64,000 nt of DNA from Chiloscyllium plagiosum. Taxonomy: Eukaryota. Every line of letters starts with the position of its first letter. Positions within the stretch are counted from its first letter, which is position 1. The stretch covers positions 26,238,811 to 26,302,810 of the forward strand of contig NC_057720.1 in the NCBI RefSeq assembly GCF_004010195.1. The letters are read 5' to 3'. The notes under the pieces are model-generated. The model was given only the letters and a program-made list of their open reading frames with translations, was not told the origin of the DNA and made no database searches. A program made the position numbers and the translations under genes. Below are positions 50,571 to 61,242 of the stretch, piece by piece.

Positions 50571-50887
50571 CAGGCTGTAACCAGCCAGTGAAACAACAAT
50601 CCCCTAATGAGAACTGAGTTACACCTGAAACACATTATGTGCATCAGCAGTTTAACAATCAGTCCTCACTAAAAGGAATGCCAGTTAACAAACTGGCTAA
50701 ATAATTCAGCCAGTTCAGGAAATCAGGTTTTTCCTCCTCCAGAAAAAGTAGAAACCAACAGTAACACACTGACTCTAACACCAGCCAGCATAGAGTCAGT
50801 CCCCTAAACTGAGGAGACTCTGAATCTCCTGTTTATGTTGGTCAGCCAGGAGTTCCTTATTGACACAGATTAACAACCTCAATCAAG

Positions 50888-51195
50888 AGGTGGTGTGATG
50901 GCTCAGTGGTTCGCACTGCTGCCTCACAGCACCAGAGATAATGGGTTCAATTCAAGCAACTATCTGTGTGGAGTTTGCACATTGTGTCTGTGTGGGTTTC
51001 CTGCAGGAGCTCTGGTTTCCTTCCATAGTCCAAAGATGTGTAGGTTACATGGACCGGCTATGCTAAATTGCCCATAGCATCCAGTGATGTGCAGGCTAGG
51101 TGGGTTAGCCATGGGAGGGATAGGGTGAGATGCTCTTTAGAGGGTTGGCATGGACTTGTTGGGCCAAATGGCTTGTTTCCATGCTATAGCAGTCT
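50888..51195 (+). mobile_element. HE1-like SINE
   Basis: tggctcagtggttcgcactgctgcctcacagc head and typical body. Confidence 0.88.
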
Positions 51196-51433
51196 CAAAT
51201 TTTTAAGTGCATGTGCAAGTCACCACTAGGTTTAGTCACAGAGTTCGAAATGTCAGCATTATATATAAAGAGGTATTAGAATACATCATCAAGGAATCTT
51301 ACAGACAGTGAATACAATACTCCAGAAAGAAAATGGATGAGAACTTAGGTAAGAATTTCCAAAGTTGCTCTAAAGTTCAAGCAAATTGAAGCAGGATTTT
51401 TCCATTACCCTGTGAGAAGATGCTAAAAACATC

Positions 51434-52711
51434 TGCTGGAGATCACAGCGGGTCAGGCAGCATCCATAGAGAGACAGCAAGCTAATGTTTTGAGTCTAGA
51501 TGACTCTTCATCAGAGCTGAGGTGAAGTGTGGAGCGATAGCATTGATGCTGTAGTTCGGGGGGGGGGATGCTGGTGGAGAAAAGATGTTAGTAGTTTACA
51601 TTAAGTGATTGGAATGTGACAATGGCAAGACAATGGTGTGTCTCCTGCCAGACTTGAAAGGACAGTAACTGGGATGGGGGAAAAGAAGACATAATAACAA
51701 AGAAAGGAAAGTAGTTCACAATTTAAAGGTGCTGAACTCAAATATTAAGTTCAGAAGGCTGTAAAGTGCCTTATTTGAAGTCTTAAAATTGAGTTCAACA
51801 CCTTTAAATTGTGAACTATTTCTTTCCTTGTTTGTTATCATGTCCTTCCCTCCCCTCTCCCAGGTAGGAGACACCATTGTTCTGCCATTCTCACATTCCG
51901 ATTACTCAATGTAAACTACTAACCTCTTTTCTCCACCAGCACCCGACACTCACTATCCCCACCAACACCCCCCCCGAATTGTAGTATAAATGCTGCCCCT
52001 CCACACTTCAGCTCTGACAAAGAGTCATCTAGACTCGAAATGTTAGCTTGCTGTTTCTCCATGGATGCTGTCTGACCCACTGTGATCTCCAAAGCAGACA
52101 GGCAAGATGCTGGAAGAACACAGCAAGCCAGGCAGCATGAGAAGTTGCAGAAGTCGACTTTTTAGGTGTAACCCTTCTTCAGGATTGGGGGTGGGTGTGG
52201 GGGAAACTGCAGATAAAGGGAGAGGTGGGGACAGGTAGAGGGTACAACCTGGTTGGTCAATGGGAGATAAAGGGAGAGGTGGGGACAGGTGAAGACAGGT
52301 AGAGGGTACAACCTGGTTGGTCAATGGGAGGAATGAATCCGGCTGGAGACAGGGAGCAGTGGCAGAGAGGGGGAGGGGTTAGGAAGGGAGTTGGGGGATG
52401 GGGATGGAGGTTATTTGAAATTGGAGAACTCAATGTTGAGTCCTCTGGGTTGTAAGGTGCCCAGGCACAAGATAAGATGTTGTTCCTCCAATAGATGCTG
52501 TGGTTTGTTTTGGCAATGGAGGATCCCAGGGTGGTCATGTTGGAAAGGGTCATCTTGGTTGGGAGAATTGAAACGGACAGCGACTGGGAGGTTCAGTCAG
52601 CCCCTGCGGACTCAGCTACAATGCTCAGTGAGCCGTTCCCTAAGTTTACGCTGTGATCTCCAGCATTTGTTGCTTTCAGTATAGATTCCTGCATCTGTAG
52701 TAATTTGTTCC
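51434..52711 (+). mobile_element. PLE terminal palindrome (arms of ~300 bp) with a second PLE nested in its terminus
   Basis: Arms ~51436-51745 and ~51786-52091. TSD TGCTAAAAA(A)CATCTGCT at 51421-51437 and 52712-52729. Hammerhead motifs at 51481-51517 (-) and 52014-52044 (+). Confidence 0.88.
52092..52650 (-). mobile_element. PLE 3' fragment of another subfamily, 12-bp TSD
   Basis: TSD CTGTGATCTCCA at 52080-52091 and 52651-52662. Minus-strand CTGAAGA-AGGGT-TAC-ACCT-AAAA-AG-TC at ~52155-52182. Internal ~55-bp tandem duplication at ~52211-52330. Confidence 0.85.
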
Positions 52712-52986
52712 TGCTAAAAAACATCTGCTTGTTCGCTCACTGGAAAATTCTTTATCCTCTGATGGGAAACATAAAAGCTCAGTTAGACAGACTGATTAAA
52801 AGTGGCGTATAATTGCATTAAAAGAACCAACATAATGGTGCTCAGAGCGAATAAATATTCCAAAGACAACAGGAGAACTATGATTGTATGTGGATCTGAG
52901 TTAAACAAAGGAGTTGGCAGGGAAAGACATCTTATTTCATCTGACGACAATAACTTCACAAAACTAAATGTGAACAATCTGTTTGC

Positions 52987-53275
52987 AGAATTCCTACAAT
53001 GTAGAAGCAGACTATCAAGTGCACATTGAAGGGCATCTCACCCAGATCCACACCATCCCTGCATTTCCTATGACAAATCCATCTAGCTTGCATGTCCCTC
53101 AACACTATGGTGCAATTTAGTGTGGCCAACCCACCTAGCCACATGTTCAGACTGTGGGAGGAATCCAGCGCACCTATAGGAAGCCCACACAGGCATAGGG
53201 AGAACATGCAAACTCCATACAAACAGTTGCCTGAGGCTGGAATCAAACCCATGCCTCTGGCAGCTGAGCTACCAT
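52987..53275 (-). mobile_element. HE1-like SINE
   Basis: Reverse-complement body (actgtgggaggaatccagcgcacc..catgcaaactccatac). Confidence 0.82.
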
Positions 53276-53326
53276 GCCACATGTTCTGGCAGATACCCAG
53301 GATTGCTGACTAGATTTATTACATCA

Positions 53327-53670
53327 TGGCAGCACAGCGGCTCAGTGGTTAGCACTGCTGCCTCACAGTGCCAGGGACCTGGGTTCAATTCTAGCCTTGG
53401 GTGACTGTCTGTGTATGTGGAGTTTGTACATGTCTGCATAGGTTTCCTCTGGGTGCTCTGATTTCTTCCCACAGTCAAAAGATATTCAGATTAAGTGAAT
53501 TGGCCATGCTAAATTGCCCATAGTGTTCAGGGATGTGTAGGTTTAGGTGCATTCGTCAGGGGTAAATATAGGGTTGGGGAATGGGTCTGGGTGGGTTACT
53601 CTTCGGAGGGTTGGTGTGGACTTGCTGGGCCAAAGGGCCTGTTTCTACACTGTAGGGATTCCAATTCTAA
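53327..53670 (+). mobile_element. HE1-like SINE
   Basis: gcggctcagtggttagcactgctgcctcacag..gggttcaattc (A and B boxes); tail ctgtagggattc. Confidence 0.92.
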
Positions 53671-53679
53671 TCATTCAGG

Positions 53680-55345
53680 AGGTAGTACCTCAACTGTCAT
53701 CTAGGATCTTCTCTGCAGCAGAGGCTTCCCAAAGGGCAATATTAAGAGTTCAGGAAGCGAACAGGGAATCATTTGTGAGCATTGACATTCTCGTGCATGG
53801 TAACCAAAGAAGGAACACAACCAGGTCATCGGGGACATGTTAAAGGCACTACAAAATATTCCTTACACTAAATGGGACAAGGTAATTCTCTAGAATAACA
53901 CTTACACATCATGCAATCCAAGTCTAAAGCATCACAGTAGATCCAAGGAAGATAGGAGCCATCAGTGAATTCCTGGCATTGGAAATGATACAAAGTGCTT
54001 CTCAGACATGGTCAACCAAGTGAAAACGTTTATCCCAACTTCATCGGGTTACTGAACACACAAGAGAGGTTTTGAATCAGGAACAGACTATCTTTTGAAA
54101 GGGTTAAATTACTTCCTACCATCTTCTATTGATGTTTTCGTGAATTACAATCCAAGCTTGCTCTCCATAGTAGCCACAGATCCATTATCCATGGGGATAG
54201 GAGCCGCCCTTATTCAAGTGCAAAGTGATGGAACAAACAGAAAGGGTCATGTTGAGAGCTTTGATGGATGCTTAGAAAAACTTCACAACTATGGAGGAAG
54301 AAGCATTCACAGCCACATTGGGATATGAATGGCTCACAGTCTGAAACCCCAGGTTAGGACGGTCACGAAACATTTAGTAACATTACTAGGAGTGAAACAA
54401 ATTTCTAAAATGCTTCCACACAGAAAAAAAATGGTTCAGGCTTAGACTGATGAGATACATGAAGTAACAAAAAATACACTCTTTACTGTGAAAGTAGATC
54501 AATCAAGTAAAACAAGATCCTAGAGTCCTGACGTACAGCTACAACCAAAATGTTACTGGCAGCTGAGGACAAGCACAAACAAATTAGTAGAGATTAGAAG
54601 TTTGAAAACAAATGCACAAAAGTCAGATAACACAGTTTGCAAGGGTCATCAAAATATAGTCCAACAGACCAAGTGATGATAAGATTCCATCAGCAGAAAC
54701 AACACTTGATAGTAACGGAGAATTTATTGGTTTAGAACCACATAATGATTATACAAAAGATAATACGAAGAAAAATCTCACAGAAATTCCACAGGCGATA
54801 TCTCATTCTTCCAAAGTGCAAAGCAAGAGCACAACATTCAGCTTGATGGTCAGGCATTTCAAAAGGAATATAGGATTACATTTTGAGCTAAATATGTGTG
54901 ATATGCAGCCAAGTGCCTACCGAGCTAATGCCTTCATCAGAATTTCTAAAAAGACAATGGGCAAGTCTCACAATGGATTTGTTCCATTTTAGAGAGAAGA
55001 TATAATCAGTCTCAGTTTGCATATCCAAGATAGAGCAAAGTGGCAAGACCTTACTCATCCAAAGCAGAATCAGGGATCAGATTATGAAAGAGATTCTTCT
55101 CCCAGACGAATTAGTATCGGACAATAGGCCTCAATTTGTGAATGAGGATTTCAGGAAGTTCAGTTCTGAGTCAGGCATTAACTATGTGACAGGATCTCCA
55201 CTTCATCCTCAGTCAAGCAGAAAGGCTGAAAGAATAATTAAGATGTGAAGTTGATGCATAAGAATCCAGATTAAGAATTAGTTCTATTCAGCTACAGAAC
55301 AACTCCATTGAATAATGAGGACTTGTCAGTGGATTTGTTCATGGG
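53680..55345 (+). mobile_element. Degraded Gypsy pol (RT end, RNase H, integrase; standard order)
   Basis: VDPRKIGAISEF (~53935), IVATDPLSMGIGAALIQ, KCKARA, PDELVSDNRPQF, SPLHPQSSRKAER. Confidence 0.75.
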
Positions 55346-55347
55346 GA

Positions 55348-55670
55348 GAAGATTAGATTAGATTCCCTACAGTATGGAAACAGGCTATTTGGCCTGACAA
55401 GTCCACACCAACCCCCTGAAGAGTGCCCCACCAAAACCCATTCCCCTAAATAACTAGACCCATTTACTCCTGACTTATGCACCTAACGCAATGGGCAATT
55501 TAGCATGACCAATTCACCTGACCTGTACATCTTTGTATTGTGGGAGGAAACCCACACAGACATGGGGAGAATGTGCAAACTCCACACAGACAGTCACCCA
55601 AGGGTGGAACCAAACCCAGGTCCCTGGTGTTGTGAGGCTGCAGTGCTGACCACTGAGCCACCATGCTACC
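55348..55670 (-). mobile_element. HE1-like SINE
   Basis: (agatt)n tail at ~55350; head reverse complement gcagtgctgaccactgagccacc at ~55640-55663. Confidence 0.92.
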
Positions 55671-56114
55671 CACTAAAAAGTTATAAGAGGATGTACCAGC
55701 TCTACAATAAAATTACAAACAACTTCTCAAGACCACAAGAACACAAAATGATGAGAGAAAAGCCACATCATTCTTGACAAAAGTCCACACGACTGAAGAG
55801 GACATGCTGGAGGTCTTAAAAAAAAGGCATAACGATAGATAAGTCTCTGGGTCTCGATCAGTTTAGTTTAGGAAATCTGGTCGGCATAGATCAGTAAGGC
55901 CAAATAGCCTGAGATTCTATGACTGTAAAAAGCAGCAGAGATGGCACAACTCTAGACACAGGGTGAAACCTCCATCAACCTTAAAATCGAGATCGAAAAC
56001 TTGATGGGGGAACAGGAAGTCAGAAGGCACAGTTATCAGCTGATATTTTATATGGTCAGTATGACTGAAGGGACATTCTGGAAGTACAGGAAGACATTGA
56101 TCTTACTTTAGGTG

Positions 56115-56704
56115 ATAGTGAGGACTGCAGATGCTGGAGATTAGAATTAGAGTGGTACTGGAAAAGCACAGCAGGGCAGGCAGGAAAATCAACGCTTCGG
56201 GCAGGAACCCTTCATCAGGAATGAGGCTGGAAGCCTCGGCAGTACAGAAATAAATGAGAGGGGGTGGGGAAGGGGAGAAGGTGGTTGAGATTGCAATAGG
56301 TGGATGGAGGAAGGGATAAAGGTGATAGGTCAGAGAGGAGGGTGGAGCAGATAGGTGGAAAGGAAAATTGACATGTGGGACAAGTCATGAGGACAGTGCT
56401 GAGCTGGAAGTTTTGAACTGGGTTAAGGTGAGGGGAGGGGAAATGAAGAAACTAGTGAAGTCCACATTGATGCCCTGGGGTTGAAGGGTTCGAAGGCGGA
56501 AGATGAAGCGTTCTTCCTCCAGGCGTCAGGTGGTGAGGGAGCGGCGGTGAAGGAGGCCCAGGACCTGTATGTCCTTGGCAGAGTGGGATGGGGAGTTGAA
56601 ATGTTTGGCCATGGGGCGATGGGGTTGATTGGTGCGGGTGTCCCAGAGCTGTTCCCTGAAGTGCTCTGCGAAAAGGTGTCCAGTCTCCCCAATGTAAAGG
56701 AGAC
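56115..56704 (-). mobile_element. PLE 3' fragment (GIY-YIG C-terminus, 3' UTR, hammerhead motif)
   Basis: Minus-strand LYIGETGHLFAEHFRE. Motif CTGATGA-AGGGT-TCCT-GCCC-GAAG-CG-TT at ~56191-56218. Confidence 0.88.
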
Positions 56705-56714
56705 AATGCGGTCA

Positions 56715-57110
56715 ATGTGGCAATGGCCTAGTGGTATCAGTATTAGACTGTCAATCCAGAGACCCAAGCAATGTCCTGAAGAGCTAGGTTCAAATCCCAC
56801 CATGGCAGATGGTGTAATATGAATTCAGTAAAATCTGGAAGTAAGAGTCTAATGATGACCATGAATCCATCATTGACTGGGGAAACAAACCATCTGGTTC
56901 ATGAATGTCCTTCACGGAAGGAAACTGCATTCATACCCAGTCTTGGCTAGAGACAAAAAACACTACAGATGCCCAGTCTAGCCGACTTGTACCTCTGGAC
57001 CCACAGCAATATGGTTGACTCTTAACTGCTCTGTGGGCAATTAGGGACAGGCAATAAATACCGGCTTTACCAATGATGCCCTAGTGATGCCCTCATCCTA
57101 TCAATGGATT
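56715..57110 (+). mobile_element. Deu-domain SINE (SacSINE1/AmnSINE-like)
   Basis: tRNA-like head (tggcctagtggt..ggttcaaatcc), central ccatctggttca..aatgtcctt..gaaggaaa..cccacagcaatatggttgactcttaactgc, tail gggcaattaggg..gcaataaat. Confidence 0.75.
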
Positions 57111-57223
57111 TTTGGAAAGGTGAAGCCGATTATGGTTATCACAGAATCTGCACTACACCAGGTGGTGTACAGAGTGTTATAGCTATTCCAAACAATGTAC
57201 AACACTTTTACACTTGAGATGAA

Positions 57224-57824
57224 GCTGAAAATGTGTTGCTGGAAAAGCGCAGCAGGTCAGGCAGCATCCAAGGAGCAGGAGAATCGACGTTTCGGGCATG
57301 AGCCCTTCTTCAGGAATGAGGAAAGTGTGTCCAGCAGGCTAAGATAAAAGGTATGGCGGAGGGACTTGGGGAAGAGTTGGTGGAAATGCAACAGGCGGAA
57401 GGAGGTTAAGGTGAGGGTGATAAGCCAGAGTGGGGGTGGGGCCGTAGAGGTCAGGAAGAAGATTGCAGGTTAGGAAGGTGGTGCTGAGTTCGAGGGTTGG
57501 GACTGAGACAAGGTGGGGGGAGGGCTCAGCACCACCTTCCTAACGTGCAATCTTCTTCCTGACCTCTCCGCCCCCAGCCCCACTCCGGCCTATCACCCTC
57601 ACCTTGACCTCCTTCCATCTATCGCATTTCCAACGCCCCTCCCCCAAGTCCCTCCTCCCTACCTTTTATCTTCGCCTGCTTGGCACACTTTCCTCATTCC
57701 TGAAGAAGGGCTTATGCCTGAAACGTTGATTCTGCTGCTCCTTGGATGCTGCCTGACCTGCTGCGCTTTTCCAGCAACACATTTTCAGCTCTGATCTCCA
57801 GCATCTGCAGTCCTCACTTACTCC
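57224..57824. mobile_element. PLE terminal palindrome (arms of ~265 bp) with 15-bp TSD
   Basis: Arms ~57223-57488 and ~57525-57790. TSD TACA(C/T)TTGAGATGAA at 57209-57223 and 57825-57839. Confidence 0.92.
57286..57313 (-). ncRNA. Intact minimal hammerhead ribozyme motif
   Basis: Reverse complement CTGAAGA-A-GGGC-TCAT-GCCC-GAAA-CG-TC. A mirror copy lies on + at ~57700-57727. Confidence 0.75.
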
Positions 57825-57976
57825 TACATTTGAGATGAACTCATGTAAATCAGATTGTCCATAATTAGAATTCCAGATTATCTCGACCTGTGTGATTTGG
57901 GCTTTGAGTAGATGGAATAGCGGTAATAAGGTGATATTAATGGTCTTGGTAATGTTAATGAACATATAAAGAATAT

Positions 57977-58580
57977 GGGCTGAATCTTAGCTTCTTTGAC
58001 TCAAGGTCAGTTGTACTGAACGTTGTGGAGATTATTTTCCCATAAGTCCTAGTAATTGTTCTCATGTACCTTCCCAAACTTGCCTCAGTCACTACATATT
58101 CTGCCACCAGGGCAGCAATATGTCATGATTCTAGCCCCATTTTAAAACACACAGTTCCTCAAATAATCCACTGTTTCTAGGAAAACCCAGAATTGACTGA
58201 CATTGCTAATGCTGGTGCCATCTTTAAAATGCCACGGTGCACCCAGATAGGCACTGTCAGTCCACAGTTGCCCTGCATGGTTAATGAAATTTGGTCCAGA
58301 CATATCAGACAAGGGGAATTTGGTGTCTCATTTTGTGGGCAAGGGCTTGCAGCATCTGCTGGATGGGTTGGTATAGGGAATTGAATTATCTGCTGAATGG
58401 AGTGGCACAGAGGCAGGATGTTGTGTCCCCCAGGACCAACGCAGGAGATCAAGACACCAGACCATGCAAAACTGGTTTGAGCTTGCCACCTGTGTCAATG
58501 CAGTCTCAGCTATCTGAGAATATCCAACAATGTCAGAAGAAGGCCAATGACATTTCCCACTCTGTCAGCACGAGTGTCAC
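57977..58580 (+). mobile_element. Degraded PIF/Harbinger DNA transposon remnant (Myb/SANT-like ORF)
   Basis: ELNYLLNGVAQRQDVV..WFELATCVNAVS (second frame)..IQQCQKKANDI resembles Harbinger Myb/SANT proteins. Possible TIR start gggctgaatctt at 57977. Confidence 0.5.
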
Positions 58581-59879
58581 CATCTTCCCTCCAATACATT
58601 ATATTTACTCTATCTCTGCAGTCGTACAAGGTCTCACCAAGGCTAATGCCTTACCACTCTCATTAATACCCATAATATCCTCTCTCATTCTCACCTACCC
58701 CAATCCAGATATCATCATCTCTGCATGTCCTCAGTGTTGCCTACTCACCTGCCCAGGCTACATCTCTGCCTTCACCAAAAGCAGCTGTGCCACCAACTTT
58801 CACCTTCCATACTATCCAACTCTCTCTCTCTTATTCAAGGAGTCCACAGTAGGACAGAAGGAGTCAAGACAAGTGGTCAGCTTCCAACGGGGCCTATTCC
58901 CGTGTTGTTGCTGGTTACTGTGGATTGCCCTGCAGTATCTCAAAGGCTTGCTATTTCTCAACTGCACAATCACCCAAAATCTCTCGATTTTCCTGTTGGT
59001 GAAGCATCCTTCTCTGAATTTTATGCTGAATCACTTCTGAAAAGATTTTCACACCCTCCAGTTCGACACACTAAATTTTTATCATTTATACCAATTATTT
59101 GAGTCAATGCCTGCTTGAGACGTATGATGTGTACTGGGGTTTGCCAGGTTCTATTATCATCGTTACCAAAATTGCTTTGTACAGGGTCAGCTACAGTATA
59201 ATTGTAAACACTGCCATTTTAATTGCTGAATGTTAAACCTGCAATCGATTGGGTAATCAACTTATTCTTTTCTGATAAAGAACAATTTGCCACAGCTAAT
59301 TTGTTGGGTTTAAATGCAACAGAGATGCTGATGTGCTGAAAATCTCTCTCAGCTGGATGTTTGAGAAAGAGAGCTGTTGGGCCAGCTCCAACTATTTTCG
59401 AACAGGGAAGTGGCCACAAAAGAACAAAATAAAATCTACATCAAAACATTCTCATTCAGTCAAGGGATGGTGTTCTGGAAAATAAAATCAAAGTAAAACT
59501 GATCCAGCAAGAATAGATAGTCATATTATGACATATTTCATAGGAAAAACTAGAGGTCTCTAGATCCTGGTGTAATTAATCCACTGGGAACACTCAGTGC
59601 TGTTGCTCACTAATATTGCTATTCCTTACTTTGCAGAACATCAAATTAATTCCCCACTGGAAAAGGAATTATACATGGGCTGCAGTTCTCAAGGCACGAG
59701 GCTGTGGATCAAGAAAGCAGTAATCTTATTTCAAAATATCATTGGACTGTTGAGAAGACATTCATGTGTGTAACCCCTTCACGTTTGAGATGCGTCTTGA
59801 TACAATCTGTAAACTGGTGTTCTTTTGCCATTGGCGTGCAAGACTGGACTCTGTGAGAGATGGAGCTTTAGGATAACAT

Positions 59880-60832
59880 TGTTATGGACAAAAACAGACC
59901 CCCTCAAAACATCTCAAGAAGGCAACCTGGTCCTTAACGTTTACTTATTGTAAAGGCAAATGTGAAGTGCCGTGTTCCAGATGCAATATGACTGGCCAAA
60001 CTTCTCAGCATTAAGCAAAAATACAATTTATTCAAATATTATAGTCAAAATACAAACAAAAGAAAGAACTTGGAATAACTTAACTCTATCTGAAAATGTA
60101 ACCGAATACTAGCCACAGTAACTACCAGTAATTAACTGTTCCACTATGGCAACAATCCATAAACACACTCCTTGGCAAAAAGGCAAATTCAGACAGAGAT
60201 TCTCACATGCAGTTCTCCAATCCAGGACGGATAAAAGAGAAAATTCAGAGAGAGTAGCAACCAGGAGACATTTGCTGAAGCTTTCAAATCTGTTGAGACC
60301 TCAATAGCTTCTGAGGCTACTGAGCAACCAAAACCCAGGAATCCTGATCTATGAGAGCTGGCTATACCCATTTAGGCTGTTAAGCAAAAACCCAAGACCT
60401 CCCAAGTCATTTACTCCTCTGTGCTGGGGTGGCATGGTGGCTCAGTGGTTAGCACTGCTGCCTCACAGCGCCAGGGACTCGGATTTGATTCCAGCCTTGG
60501 GCAACTATCTGTGTGGAATTTGCATATTCTCCCCATGTCTGCATGGGTTTCCTCTGGGTGCTCTGGTTTCCTCCCACAGTCCAAAGATTTGCAGGTCAGG
60601 ATGAATTGGCAATGCTAAATTACCCATCGTGCTCAGAGATGTGTAGGTTGGGGGAATGGGTCTGAATGGGTTCCTCTTCAGAGGGTCAGTGTGGACTTGT
60701 TGGGCTGAAGAGCCTGTTTCCACACTATAGGGATTCTATATCTAATCAAGTGATTTTGGTAACATCCTCAGTGCCTCTGCCTTACAACCTCTCTTCAGAA
60801 AAAAAAGGACAAAATAACCTCTTAAAGTCCCA
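59880..60832 (-). mobile_element. Probable solo LTR, interrupted by a SINE
   Basis: TG..CA ends with 4-bp flank ACAT at 59876-59879 and 60833-60836. Minus-strand AATAAA at ~60028. Confidence 0.6.
60425..60745 (+). mobile_element. HE1-like SINE
   Basis: ggtggctcagtggttagcactgctgcctcacagcgccagg head; tail gggattctatatct. Confidence 0.92.
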
Positions 60833-61067
60833 ACATTTTGATTATAAATGCCCATTACTATAGTTGCACCTATGCCATGTCCCATCTCACCAAATGACAG
60901 CCCTTTAATGAAAAGCTAATTGACCAATCTGTATTCATAATGATGTGACTTGACGACAGACACTAAAATTAACATGTAACCTTTTCAACGTCTGCTACAA
61001 TAATTACCATGCCTTCATGAATCTAATATCCAATTGCTTGTTCTGTCACAGCTATCAGTTCAGCTGT

Positions 61068-61242
61068 AGACGGGCCGGAGGCTGGAAGAATACAGCAAGC
61101 CAGGCAGCATCGGGAGGTGGAGAAGTCACCCTATTGGGGGAAACGTTAACTTCTCCACCTCCTGATGCTGCCTGGATTGCTGTGTTTTTCCAGTGTCCTG
61201 CTTGTCTACCTTGGATTCCAGTACATGCAGTTTTTTTTGTCT
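61068..61242. mobile_element. Older PLE terminal palindrome with 16-bp TSD (2 mismatches)
   Basis: TSD CTATCAG(T/G)TC(A/G)GCTGT at 61052-61067 and 61243-61258. The arms meet at a GAAACGTT remnant (~61140). Confidence 0.8.

Noticed and set aside
58291..59040. Host gene from the 249-aa ORF
   Set aside because: Non-ATG start, no coherent domain beyond a frameshifted transposon-like patch, and no splice support.
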